From Hemiscyllium ocellatum (lineage: Eukaryota): a stretch of 64,000 nt of DNA. The notes beneath the pieces were generated by a model. That model was not told where the DNA came from. It saw only the letters and a list, made by a program, of their open reading frames with translations, and searched no databases. The position numbers were made by a program, and so were the translations under genes. The DNA lies in the NCBI RefSeq assembly GCF_020745735.1, contig NC_083421.1:45933001-45997000 (forward strand). Direction: 5' to 3'. Every line of letters begins with the position of its first letter. The first letter of the stretch is position 1. Shown here one piece after another: positions 51,451 through 64,000 of the stretch.

Positions 51451-51897
51451 CTCAATGGTTCCCAGTAGAAAATTAAGTGGAAAATTTCAAGTTTACGGCA
51501 AACTACAAACAAGAATATCAAATAAATTCCGTTAGAATGACTCCAAAAGACACCAATTGAGGTAGTGCCCCGGAAGCCATTTTACATCAGCCAACAGCAA
51601 CACCCCCGTCCCAATCGAATCACCGAGTAACAAAGGTTACTGCACACCGATCGAGGGAATAAAAGATGCAATGTAAATTTTATTTTAGTTGATTACAGTT
51701 CTGTTGACTCTAGACTATTGTTCTCAGACTCGGCAAAGAACCGTCTAGCACGAGGAAGCCGGCCCCGCTATGCTCTACAACATCCGGACTCAAAAACCCT
51801 CGCTTCTTCAACGTTAATTGCTCGCAATAAATCTAACTATTCACGATGATTCTGCCATTTTGAGTATCGGTCTATTCAACGCCCATGATCACCTTAC

Positions 51898-51965
51898 CCG
51901 CTATTCGCTGCCACTCGAGAACTTGCACAAAACTGTACCACAGCCGGCTTCAAAGATCCCAGTCT
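51898..51965 (-). other. HSPA5: HSPA5 non-coding exon 1 (TSS approximate)
   Basis: Lies about 25-30 nt downstream of the TATA box. Strong donor CGG|GTAAGG at 51897 pairs with acceptor ctatcttttaag at 50245. Confidence 0.75.
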
Positions 51966-51987
51966 AGTGAAGGCTCCCGTTCCAGCC

Positions 51988-52325
51988 TTTATATAGAATT
52001 CTGACTTCCCCGTCGTGGAGCGCCGCGATTGGTCGGTTGCCCTTGCGTTGGAGGCTGTTGATTGGCCACATGGCGTACGCTGGCCACTCCGGAGGGTGAC
52101 ACGTACAGGCTTTCGGGGACTCGTCACAGGGGAGAGGACGGCCCGCCCCCTGGCCGTACGTCGCCTGCCCATTGGACTGACTTTGAACCGACTTGGTCCA
52201 ATAGAAGCCGAATGTCTCCGAGCCCCGTGTTGCAATTGGGTTGTATCGTTGTCAATCGTAGCGTCATCACGACCCTGCCCTCCTCCGCTTTGCTAACGGA
52301 CGATTGCACGCTTGTTGCGTCATTC
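51988..52325 (-). promoter_or_regulatory. HSPA5 ER-stress promoter: TATA box, ERSE1/2/3, GC box and CRE/ATF-like sites
   Basis: TATATAAA 51995-51988. CCAAT-N9-CCACG 52032-52014; CCAAT-N9-CCAAC 52065-52047; degenerate ACCCT-N9-CCAGC 52097-52079. GC box 52141-52150; extra CCAAT 52175-52171; TGACG half-sites at ~52262 and ~52318. Confidence 0.92.
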
Positions 52326-52999
52326 CGTCGCGCCTTCCCTCCCCCAGTACCTACACATGTTGGCTTCTGGAATATTCAGCGCCTGAATGACGGCTGTTTC
52401 ACGTTCGTTTCTGATGGCCTTCATGGTCTGCTTTTTGAGCGAGTGGTCTGGAGTTCTAAACATGTGCACTTCGGGCCCTCGTTTTCTCCCAGCTCCGTGG
52501 ATGCTTAAGAAAATGTGGTTTCTCTTTCTGACATTGAAAGTTACTCCATCATCTGGCGTTCTGTCAGATATGTCTTTGATGTATTCGAAATGGTTAGGCC
52601 TTTCTGTCCTTGTAATTTAAATGTCCTTTTTAATGTCGTAGTTAACAGGTGAAGACCGTGAGCCTTAGCTGAAAAGTTCAAGTCAGAAAATTTCACATAA
52701 ATCCAAGCCCCTTCCGTTTATGATCAGGTTGGAGGAAAAGTTCGCCTTTAGCCACAGGATCATGTTTGTTTGAGGAACCCCAGAATCGAATTACCAACCA
52801 ATATACACGTAGACTGGCCGCTTGGTTAAAAAATCAGATAGCAACAAGGGCGTTTTTGATCTATTACAACCAGTCGGACAAAGATGATGGGGGGGAACCG
52901 AGCCAAAATATTCATACTGGAATTCTATCAAATTCTAGTTGAAGTCGCCCAGCAGATTACAAACAACAAAACTAAACTAGAAGTATGGACAAGCTTGGA

Positions 53000-55250
53000 G
53001 ATGCTGGAACACTACCTACAAGCAATTTTGGACCCTGCATCTAAGGAAGAGAATCCAAAGGAGTTTACTAGAATGAAGGGCTTGTCATAGGAGGTGTGAT
53101 TGAGACTCTGGGTCAGTCCTTGCTGGAGTTTAGAAAGATGAGGGATACCACATTGAAACTTCCAGAATACCGGGATGCATGGATAGAGTAGACATGGAGA
53201 AGATGTTTCCACTAATGGAGAGACTAAGAACCAAGGGCACACTCTCAGAGTGAGGGGATGATCCTTTAGAACTGAGATGAAGAGGAATTGCCTCAGCCAG
53301 AGAGTGATGAATCTGTGGAACCCATTGTCACAGAGGACTGTGGAGGCTAACTCATTGAATGCATTTGAGAGAGAGGTTCTTGAATAAAAAAGGGATCCAG
53401 AGTCGTGGGGAGAAAGCAGGAGAATGGGTTTGCGAAACACATCAGCCATGATCGATTGGTGGAGTAGACTCAATAAACTTAATGGTCTAATTCTGCCCCT
53501 GTATCTGTGGTCTTACTCAAAGGGATGGAATAGATAAAGGAAGAAGGGATTTATGGAAAAGGCAAGACTGGAGGGATAATTCAGTCGAAGACAGATACAG
53601 ATTGTGAAGGAGGGAAAAAAAACAGTGCATTGTTGGCCAAAGTTCAAACCTGCCTGAGATTGCCAACATTGAACCACCCCAAACTCTGTGCAGATAAAAT
53701 TACACTTGGACAATGGGAGATATTCAATATAATCTTTAGCTTCAGAGAAAATTAATACACACAGCTCACGTCACCATTTAAAGTCATGGTTGACAAAAGA
53801 GATGAAAGATAAGATTAAACAGCAGACTGAAGTGCAAAAAATTGTGTCGATTCAGAAAATGAGAGGAAAGGGTAATATGTTCAACAGTTCAAATAAATGT
53901 GGTTTGGAATTCAAAAGGTCATAGATTTCATACAGACCCTTCAGTCCAACTCATCTATGCTGATCAGATATCCCAATCTGACCTAGTCTGATTTGCAAGC
54001 ATTTCGCATGTATCCCTCTAAACCCTTCCTATTCATGTACTGATCCAGATGCCTTTTAAATGTAATTATACCACCTTCACCGCCTCCTTGTACCATACAC
54101 GCACTTCCTATTGCATGAAAAAGTTGCCCTTCATGTTCCTTTTAAATATTTTCCTTCTCACCTTAAACCTACACCATTTAGTTTTGGACTGCCCTTCTCT
54201 GGGGGAAGAAAACCTTATTCACCCTATCCAGGCTCCTCATGATTATATAAACCTCTATAAAGTCACTCCACAGCCTTCAATGCTCCAGGAGACAAAAGCC
54301 CCAGCCTATTCAGCCTCTGCCCAAATCTCAAACCTCCCAACCCCAGTAATATCCTTGTAAATCTTTTCTGAACCCTTTCAAGTTTAACAATATCTTTCCT
54401 ACAGTGTCAGAATATTGGGTACATACTGGAATTGGAAAAAAAACCTACAAAGTGTTCCACAAGGATTGGTGCAGAAGCTTCACCATTCTCAATTTTTCTT
54501 AATGAGAGAGCAGCTGTATGGTCGACAAGGATGACAGTGACTTTACCTTTATTAGGTCAGTTCAATGGATGGCTGATTCCTGATGCCAACAGAATAAGTT
54601 CAGTACCTGCACCAGCTGATATTAACATGAAGGACTCTTCTCAACCTCTCCCCTTGTCTGAAGCATGGTGACCCTCAGGATAAACCACCACCAGTCTTCT
54701 CTCTCTGTAATGAGAGAGCAACCCTATGGAATGATAATTAATAAAGGTAAATTTGCTATAAACATAACACAATAGCAAACTATTTATCCAAATTTGCTGA
54801 TGACACAATGGTAGCTAGTGAGATTGACAGCATAAAATTACAAGGAGATGTCGATAGATTGATGAGCAGAAAAACTGGCAGATAGCTTTTAAATTGTGAC
54901 TAGCTAAGGAACACTGAAGGTCCAAAGAAATTTAGGCATTCAAGTACACCAATCTCTAAAATGTGATTATCAGACACAAAAAAGTATTCACAAAGGCCGG
55001 CTTTAAATTTAGGGTGCTGAACTATTAAAACGTGAAGAAAATTTTCTCCAGCAAAAAAAAATCCTGGTTAGATAACATCAAGTGTGTGGCACACAGTTCT
55101 AGACATTGTAATTTAGAAAGGATAAATTGACCTTGAAAGAAATGCTGCACAGATTCCCTAAAATGTTTTCATAGCTACAGGGATTAAGTTATGGAGAGAT
55201 AATTTATATAATAAGCTTGTATTCCTTGCAATATATAGAGCTAAGAGGAG
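53000..55250. mobile_element. Cluster of CR1 fragments (53000-53515 +, 53915-54405 -, 54770-55250 +)
   Basis: CR1 tails and a KFADDT-like RT segment. Confidence 0.7.
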
Positions 55251-55569
55251 ATTTTGACCTCTTTGCTAATCTGGTCAGTTTTAGGGATATTTCTAATTTT
55301 ATTGTTGGTACTCCTTTGATGCTTTCTCTCCTCTGTTCTTTCTATCTTTGTTGGTTACAAAACTGACCATTTTTGTCTGCATAGTTTCCCAACCACTTTC
55401 AAGATGTAACCCAACTGGGTTGTCTTTTACCCTGGTACCAGGTTGAGATGATGGAAAATACACCACTGAGGACTCAATTTATGATTACAGAGATGCTTAT
55501 CAAATATCAAATCATTTACGTCATTATGACTTGTTATCCTGCATACAGTCAAATCTCGTATAGTGGTAG

Positions 55570-58500
55570 GGTTTGCCTCAAATTGCATTCCTGCAAGAAG
55601 CTTCCACCCTCTCTGGTACTTCGGGACCGGAGCTGAGTGGAAGTGAACAGAGAGCTGTCTGGGAAGGTAAGAGATTCTGATTCTGAGGGGGAAGCTGAAA
55701 TGTGATGTCACAGGAGGGCTGTGATTTCATCGCTAATAAGGGGTCTGCTAAATTTGAATCTCTGTTCAATTGAATCTTGTTCATTTATTTATTGGTGACA
55801 ACTTGCATAAGCAGAGATACAAAAACAGTTTTAAAAAAATTTAAAAAACAAATTCAAAACTAATTAAGTAAAATAAGGATGGAGGATCAGATGAGTGTTG
55901 TTTCTGCATGACATGGGAGCTGATGGACACCACTGTGATTCCCAGTGACCAAGTCTGTAGTCAATGTTGGTTGCAGGAAGAAGTCTAGGTGCATAGTCAA
56001 TGAGCTAGAGTCTGAGCTTCAAACATTTTGACACATCAAGGAGGGGGAGAGTTACCTGGATGCTGTGTTTCATAAGACAGTCACACCCCTTAGACTAACT
56101 AACTCGAATTCAGCCAGTTGTCAGGGACTGGACGGTGTAGCTGGGAGTGAGACAGGGAGTGAGAACCAGGAGATAGAGTTGCAGGAGCCTCAGCCCCTGT
56201 CCTTGTCCAACAGGTTCAGGAATTTTGCTCTCTGTGTGGACGGGAATGGGGATGGCAGAGAGAGTGAGCCGACTGACTGCAGAACCGTGGTGCAGAGATC
56301 CATTCAGTTTGGGGGAGAGAAGAGAAGCTAGGAGCTAAATTACAAAGCTGAACCAAAAAGGTAATAATTTCTGGATTAGTACCTGAGCCATGAACTAATT
56401 GGCACAGGGCCAGTAAGATTAAGCAGGTAAATGCATGGTTCAGAGATTAGTTTGGGAGAAATAGTGGTGGGGGGGGGGGGGGGGGGGGAGAGGAGGGGTA
56501 CAGTTATGCAATTATGGGGGAAATTAGAAAACCTGAATTAAAAGGAGGAGGTAAGAGTGCAGAATGCAGGAGAGGTTATTAAAATCTCTAGCACAGATAT
56601 AAATAGGACAGACTGTTTGGAAAGAGTTAACAATCAAACTTCAAGCACACTGGACAAACGAATGACAATGAGAAGAGGGACAGTTAATACAGGCCTGAAG
56701 GTGTCATATTTGAATGCACACAGTAGAAGCAATAAGGTAAATGAGCTTGTGGTGCAGATCGAAATTGGCAGGTATGACGAGGTAGGCATCACGGATACGT
56801 GGCTGCAAGGGGATCAGGATTGGGAGCTGAATATTCAAGGAAATACATGTTATCGAAAAGATAGGCAGTTGGGCAGGGGGGCGGGGTTGCCTTATTAGTA
56901 AGAAATGAAATTAAATCAATACATGAAACAAAGTAGGTTCAGATGATGTGTGGGTGGAATTGAGGAACCCACAAAGTTAAAATAAAAAGTTGGAGTTCTG
57001 TATAGGCCTCCAAACAATAGTCAGGAGCTGGGGTGGAAGATACACAGGAGATAGAAACGACGTGTAGGAAAGGCAAAGTTACAGTGATCATGGGGGATTT
57101 CAATATGCAGTTGGATTGGGTAAATCAGGTTGGTAGTGGATTGCGAGACAAGGAATTTGTGGAAAGTCTACGAGATTACTTTTTCGAGCAGCTTGTGGTG
57201 GAGCTCACTAGGGAACAGGCAATACTGGATTTAGTGTTGTGCAAGGAGGCAGACTTGATAAGTGAACTTAAGGTGAAGGAACCCTTAGGAGGCAGTGATC
57301 GTAATATGATTGAATTTATTCTGCAACCTAAGAGGAAGAAGATAGAATCAGCTGGTATTACAGCTGAATAAAGGCAACTACAGACGCATTAGGGAGGAAC
57401 TGGATAGAATTGACTGGGAGAAGAGCCTAGCAGAAAAGACAGTGAAACAGCAATGGCAGGAGTTTCTGGGAGTAATTCAGGAGACACAGCAGAGATTCAT
57501 CCCAAGGAAAAAGAAGCATGGTACAGGGAGGATGAGGCAACTAGGGATGTCAGGGGTGGCAAAAGATAAAGTATATAATGTGGCAAAGGGCAGTGGGAAA
57601 CCAGAGGATTGGGAATCTTACAAAGACCAACAGAGGGTAACAAAAAAAAAATGAGAGAGAAGATTAAATGTGAGGGTAAGCTAGCCAGTATTATGAAGGA
57701 AGACTGTAAAAGTTTCCATTTATATAAAGAGCGAAAGAGAGGCAAAAGTGGACATTGGGCCACTGGAAAACGACACTGGAGAGATAGTGGGAAACAAGGA
57801 ATGGCTAAGGAACTGAATAATTACTTCACATTAGTCTTCACGGTGGAAGACACGAGTAATATCCCAAAAATTCAAGAAAATGAGGGGGCAGAGCTAAGTA
57901 TGGTGGCCATCACCAAGGAGAACATTTAAAAGGCATGTGGACAAATACATGGATAGGAAAGGATTAGAAAGATTGAGCAAGGGGAAGGAAAAAGATTTAG
58001 CATGGACAGACATTTTGATGGACATGGACCAGTTTGGGCCAAAGGGTCTGTCTCCGTGCTGTAGGACTTTCTTTGAGAAGGTGCTAGAAAAGCTGAATGG
58101 CCTGAATGTGGATAAATCGCCAGGACCACATGGACTATACTCCAGAGTTCTAAGGGAGATAGCTAAAGAGATAGTGGAGGCATTAGTGGTGATGCTTCAG
58201 GAATCACTTGAATCAGGGAGGGTCCCAGAGGACTGGAAAATTGTGAATGTGACACCTTTGTTTAAAGAGGGAGTAAGGCAAAAGATGGAAAATTACAGAC
58301 TGATCATCCTAACCTCGGTCATGGATAAGATCCTGGAATCCATTGTGAAGGATGCGATTTCTGAATGCTTGGAAGTGTATGGTAAAACAGGGCAAAGTCA
58401 GCATGGTTTCATCAAGGGGAGATAATGCCTGACAAATCTGCCAGATTACTTTGAGGAAGTAATGAGCAGATTCGACCAAGGACAGCCAATGGATGTTATC

Positions 58501-59582
58501 TACCTGGACTTCAAGAAAGCCTTTGACAAGGTGCTGCAAAGGAGGCTACTGCATTAGATAAGCACCCATGGTGGCAGAGGCAAGGTGCCAGCATGGACAG
58601 AAGCTTAGCTGTCTGGCAGAAAGCAGAGAGTGGGGATAAAAAGGTCCTCAGGTTGGCAGCAGGTGACAAGCAGTATTCCACAAGGGTCAGTGTTGGGACC
58701 ACAACTTTTCACTTTATACATTAACAATATAGATGAAGGAACTCGGGGAATTCTGGCTAAGTTTGCAGATGATACAAAGATATGTAGAGGAACAGGTAGC
58801 ATTGAGGAGGCAGGGAGACTGTGGAAGGATTTGGACAGGTTAGGAAAATGGGCAAAGACGTGGCAGATGGAAAGTGTGAGATCATGCACTTTGTTAGGAA
58901 GAATAGAGGCATGGGGAGGAAATTCAGAAATCTGAAGTGCAAAGAGACCTGGGAGTTCTAGTCTAGGATATTGACAAGGGAAACTTGCAGTTTGAGTCAG
59001 TAGTTAGGAATGCAAATGCAATGATGGCATTCATTTTGAGGATTTGAATGTAAAAGCAGTGATGTACTCCTGAGAGTTTATCAAGCTCTGGTCAGACCAC
59101 ATTTGGAATATTGTGCGCAGTTTTGGGCACAAGAACATTATCTCAAGAAGGATGTAATGGCCCTAGAGCGTGTTTAGAGGAGGTTCATGGAAATGAAAAG
59201 CTTAACATATGAGGAATGTTTGAGGACTCGAGGTCTGTACTTGATGGAGTTTAGAAGGATGAGGGGGGATCTAATTGAAACATACAGAATACTGATTGGA
59301 TGTTGGGAAGATGTTTCCATTGGTAGGAGGGACTTGGACTTCAGAGAACATCTTTAGAGTAAAAGGAAGACCTTTTAGAAAGGAGATAAGAAGAAACTCA
59401 ATCAGCCAGAGAGTGGTGAATCTATGTAATTCATTGCCACAGAAGGCTGTGATGGCCAGGTCATTGAGTATATTCAAGACTGAGATAGATGGGGTTGAGA
59501 AACTTATCAGCCCTGATTGAATGATAGAGCAGACTGGATGGGCTGATGGCCTAATTTCTGCTTCTACGACTTGTGGTCTTAT
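55570..59582 (+). mobile_element. Near full-length decayed CR1 LINE (ORF1 remnant, APE endonuclease, RT, tail) with a short HER1 tail inserted at 57923-58074
   Basis: YLNAHS, GITDTWL, IMGDFN, ILDLVL and GSDRN (APE); VPEDWK, QHGFIKGR, YLDFKKAFDKV, PQGSVLGP and KFADDTK (RT); the insert is flanked by a GAGAA duplication. Confidence 0.93.
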
Positions 59583-60849
59583 AGAAAACTGGTTAGTTAG
59601 CTGACTTGGGTTATTCCTGCCTGTAACTTCCTTTTGACCTCTCTAGTGTTCACTGTTCTTTTAAAGGGTGACTACCTGTAAAATGTACTTTTCAGGAAAA
59701 TATCAGACTTCTGGACACAACTCTGAAATTTGGAACTTGAGTTGAACAATTGATGGCTTTCTTGCTCAGTTAGATATCCAAAATGCATCAAAGGTCCTCG
59801 AGTTTCCATGAGGAACATAATGCAAATAGTTGGTCCCTGGTGGCCTGCCATGACCTTCAATCACTGAAATCCTGACTACTAAATTACTTAACAATGACCT
59901 CTCAGTTATACTGACGGACTTATTACACTTGAAGAAACTAAGTTCTGAAAGACTTGAATAGTAAGAAGTTGACAAAATACACTGGAAATATCTATAAATC
60001 AAAAATGAAATGTAAAAATACCATCAAATGAATTACAAGCAATTTAATAAAACAAATTTTTGCCAATCTGCTCCCTGTGCAATAGTTAAATCACTTTTGA
60101 ACTGATTGTTCAGATGAATAAACCAAAACAAAAGATGCTAGAAATATTCAGAATTTCAGGCAACATTTGTGAACAGGGAAATGGCTAATGTTTCAGTACC
60201 TTAATAGGCTTTAAGCAAGAGCATGTGAAGGGAGAAATGAAGAATCCAAAACCCAGTGAAATGAGTGATTAAATGAGAAAGTGGATGGTGTCAAGCGAAA
60301 ATAGGTGATAAGGCAAGTAAAGAAATAAAAGATCAATAGGCAATTACTGTAAATCACAGCAGAATCATTGCTGACAAATACTTATGACAAAATGGGAGCC
60401 ATTTAACCTAAAATTGTGATCTCTGAGTAAATGAAACGATGGTGGTACCATTCCTCAAGCCTTCGTTGATTTTCATTTGAACTGTTGGAGGCCAAGAATA
60501 GAGAGCCCAGAATGGAGTTGGGGCAAAGAATTTAAATGACGGTGCAAATGGAAGCCCAGGGTCACAACTGTGGATTAAGCAAAGTGATTACCTATGGAAT
60601 CTGCCTAATTTAGAAGATACCACATCTACAGCAATCATTATTCTACGCTACTGTGAAAGCAATGTTACTTTACTGGGAGGAGTTGGAATTGCGTGAGAGA
60701 GTAGGTGTTCCACCTGCTGTGCTTGCATGGGAAGGCAATGATTATGCTTTGAAAAGTAAACTTTCCATGATCACGAAGAAGACATCAGGAGTAGGACTCC
60801 AGCCAAATGAGTATATAGTTCGAGGACTTTAGAGACATGGGAATTCAGT

Positions 60850-62600
60850 GCAAAAGGGAAGAGGTGCTTTTTGCTTGCTGTTTTGGCTCATAGTTGTAAG
60901 TTTTTTTTCTGACAGGATAAATTGAAGCCCAAAATCAGAGGGCCAGCACAAAACAAACAGTGACATCACAAGAAAACTGTAAGTTCCTTGGTTAGTAATA
61001 GTTGCTAATTTGGTTATCTATTATGGCTTACTTTCAGATGAATGTAAGTCAGAAAAATATTTGTAGATTACAAACTAAAAGACTGTTAGGATTTTTTTTT
61101 TAAAAAAGCAAATAAAATATTAAGTAAATAAACTAAAGATGCAGGGCAAGTGATGTGTTAGATTTGCATGATGTGGAAGCTTGGGTCCCATTTAGGTTCA
61201 TAGTGACCACATCTGTAGCAAGTGTTGGTTAATTGAGGAACTCCTTCTCAGAGTTGATGAGCTGAAGTCTGAGTTTTGAATACTGCGACACTTCAGGGAG
61301 GAGGAGAATTACCTGAATGCTGTGTGACAGAAGATCATTTAGATCAACTATTTCAAATTTGGTCAGTGGTCAGGGACAGGAGGGTGTGATGACAATTGTA
61401 TAGAAAATGATAAAAATCAAAGGTAAAGGAGAAAATAGGATTGCTGGTTAGTGATGGGGTAGATTGTTACCAGAAAATAAAATGACAGGACAGAATGCAT
61501 TAATGTCTTATTGTACCAAGGAACCACAAAAATGTAGAGAAACTGGATAATGGAACAAACATAAGGCTTTGTATCTTAATGCACAAAGGTAGATGAACTG
61601 ATGGCACAAATCAAGGTAAATCTTGGTCAACAGAACTTTAAAATATTTAAAGCAAATGCTGAGGAGACGTTATTAAAGTTTCCAGAACAAGTATTAGGAC
61701 AGAGAGTATGTTAAGTGTCAGGAATCCAACTTCAGCCACAGCAGATATGGAGACAACTATGAGAAGAGATTGAGGGTGTTGTACTTAAATGCACGCAGTC
61801 TACGAAACAAGGGCAAGGAGCTTGTTGCACAGATTGAAATTGGTACATACGATTTTGTGGGCATTACAGAGACGTGGCTGCAAGGGCATCAGGGCTGGAA
61901 ACTAAACATCTCAGGATATATGTCCTGTCGAAAGGATAGGCAGATGGGAAGAGGGGGAGGGGTTGCCTTAAAGTAAGAAACAAAGTTAAATTGATAGCAA
62001 GAAGCAGTTTAGAATTGGAAGCCATAGAATCTATGTGGGTGGAGTTGAGGAACTGCAAAGGTAAAAGTACCAATAAATGGGAGTCGTGGAAAGACCTCTT
62101 AGTGTAAGTCATGATGTGGGAAGAAAATAAATCAGGAGATAGAAAAGGCGTGCAAGAAAGGCACAATTATAGTAATCATGGGGACTTCAATATACAGGTG
62201 GTCTGGGAAAATTAGGTTTGTAATGGATCTTGAGAAGAGGAATTTGTGGAATGTCTACAAGATTGATAGAGCAGCTTCTGGTATAGACCACGAGTGAACA
62301 GTGCATTTGGTGAGATATAATGAGGCAGATTTGATTAGGGTGAAACAACCCCGAGGGGATAGTGCCATAATATGATAGAATTCACTTTGCAGTTTGAAAA
62401 GGAAAAGCTGGAATCAATGTAATGGTGTTACAACTGAGTAAAGGTAATTACAAGGACATGAGGGAAGAGCTGGCAAGAGTTGATTGGAAGAAGAGCCCAG
62501 CAGTGAAAATAGTTGAGCATTAGTCGCAGGGGTTTCTGGCATAATTTGGGAGACACAGCAGAAACACATCCCAAGGAAGAAGAAACATACTAAGAGTGTG
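60850..62600 (+). mobile_element. Second CR1 5' portion (ORF1 remnant and APE)
   Basis: RVLYLNARSLRNK...VGITETWLQG; colinear with the 55.6-kb element. Confidence 0.85.
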
Positions 62601-62617
62601 ACATCAAGGAGCCCTAA

Positions 62618-63445
62618 CAAAATTGGAATCAATGGATATCAGGAGGCAAACCCTCTGCTGGTTAAAGTCATAGCTGGCACATAGGAAGATAGTTGTGGTT
62701 GTTGGACGTCAGTCATCTCAGCTTCAGGACATCTCTGTAAGGGTTCCTCGGGGTCGTGTCTTAGGTCCAACCATCTTCAGCAACTCCATTAATGACCATC
62801 CCTCCATCATAAGGTCAGAAGTATAGATGTCCATTGATGATTGCACAATGTTCAGCTGCATTTATGACTCTTCAAATACTGAAGCAGTCCATGTTCAAAT
62901 GTAACAAGATCTGGACAAGATCTAGGCTTGGGCTGACAAGTGGCAAGTAACATTCGTGCCACCTAAAGGCAATAGCCGTCTCCAATAAGACACAATATAA
63001 TCACTGCCCCTTGATATTCCATGGTGTTACCATCACTGAATCTGCCACTATCAACATCCTTGAGATTGACCAGAAGTTCATCTGGACTCATAAACACAGT
63101 GACTAACAAGAGCAGGTGGTCGAGGCTAGGAAGACTGACTCCCCAAAGCCTGTTCACTATCTACAAGGCACAAGTCAGAGTGTGAATGAATGCTCTTCAG
63201 TTGCCTGAATAGGTGCTGCTCCAACAACACTCAAGAAGCTTGACTCCATACAGAACAAAGCAGCTCGCCTAATGGCACCACATCCACAAGCATCCATTCC
63301 CTCCATCACCGACGCTCAGTAACAGCAGTGTGTAATATGTACAAGCTACACTGCAGAAATTCATCAAAGATCCATGATCACTATAATCTAGAAGGATAAG
63401 AGCAGCAGATCATGGGAACACCACCACCAGCAAGTTCCCCTCCAA
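62618..63445 (+). mobile_element. RT and 3' fragment of a different CR1/L2-group LINE
   Basis: RVPRGRVLGPTIF, SIDDCT and WADKWQVTF-like translation. Confidence 0.8.
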
Positions 63446-64000
63446 TACTTTATTTTTAAACTAACTTACTTTCTGGAGAGTGGCAGTGGTGGTATCGTGC
63501 TCATTGAATTTGGCAGTCGGCTAGACGTCCGATGTGAGACAGAAGCTGAGGGCCTGACATGTGAGTTCCTGATGCCTGGAGTGTGGAGCAAAGGTGAGAC
63601 TGCAGGCGAGGCCAAGACCCAGCCCGTGAACTGAACGCGATGCTGAGGTGCAGTGTGGATGGGGCCTGGATTGTGGCATTGGTGGTCCAGTGTGTGGCAG
63701 TATCTGAAGGCCTGGATCAGGACTTTGGTGGTCTGAGATCCCAGGAGTGAGCCCAACACAGCGATGGAGTTTCCTCCGACAGAGTGATGAAAGCACGGGA
63801 GATCAAGCCAGTGTAGGGAAAGCCTGTCAAAGCAGAGATTGAGCCATTGCTCATGGGGGAGGTGGTGCATGGCTAAGCACTGAAGAAAGACTTAATACTA
63901 AGAAGGACTTTTAATGTTTAACTTATTTTTTTAACACTATACCAAGAGCAACCATAATATTTCATTTTTAGCTTTGTTCCTTATTTCTTTCTACCTTGTT

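Noticed and set aside
51894-52508. Overlapping 93-148 aa ORFs upstream of HSPA5
   Set aside because: These are stop-poor frames from a GC-rich promoter; the region is explained by the TATA and ERSE elements.
55570-59582. Active or domesticated reverse transcriptase gene
   Set aside because: Numerous stops, frameshifts and an internal insertion mark it as an ordinary dead CR1.
52400-64000. Expected neighbour GAPVD1 or a divergent gene
   Set aside because: Only LINE/SINE remnants were seen, with no supported exons or second CpG island.

Overview
This is vertebrate genomic DNA, almost certainly from a cartilaginous fish. The HE1-type V-SINEs, HER1/CR1 LINE tails and abundant Penelope-like elements (PLEs) suggest a carpet/bamboo shark, which is an inference. 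The window holds the conserved PPP6C (-, exons 1-5, 3' end runs off the window) <> RABEPK (+, complete, 384 aa) >< HSPA5/BiP (-, complete, 650 aa) block. All coding exons were read by hand and have GT-AG junctions with matching phases. The rest is largely nested retroelements: CR1, PLE, RTE, one full decayed Gypsy, two solo LTRs, SINEs and two Tc2/pogo-like MITEs. The most notable observations are: (1) minimal hammerhead-ribozyme cores in PLE ends, including short palindromic elements with a hammerhead on each strand; (2) a possible hidden, decayed antisense Ig-domain receptor pseudogene in a RABEPK intron; (3) a CR1 tail that overlaps a RABEPK splice donor and later took two PLE insertions; (4) a triple ERSE in the HSPA5 promoter with mammal-like spacing, plus two introns absent from human HSPA5. 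No prokaryotic system or CRISPR array is present. Comparisons with human sequence are from memory and were not computed.
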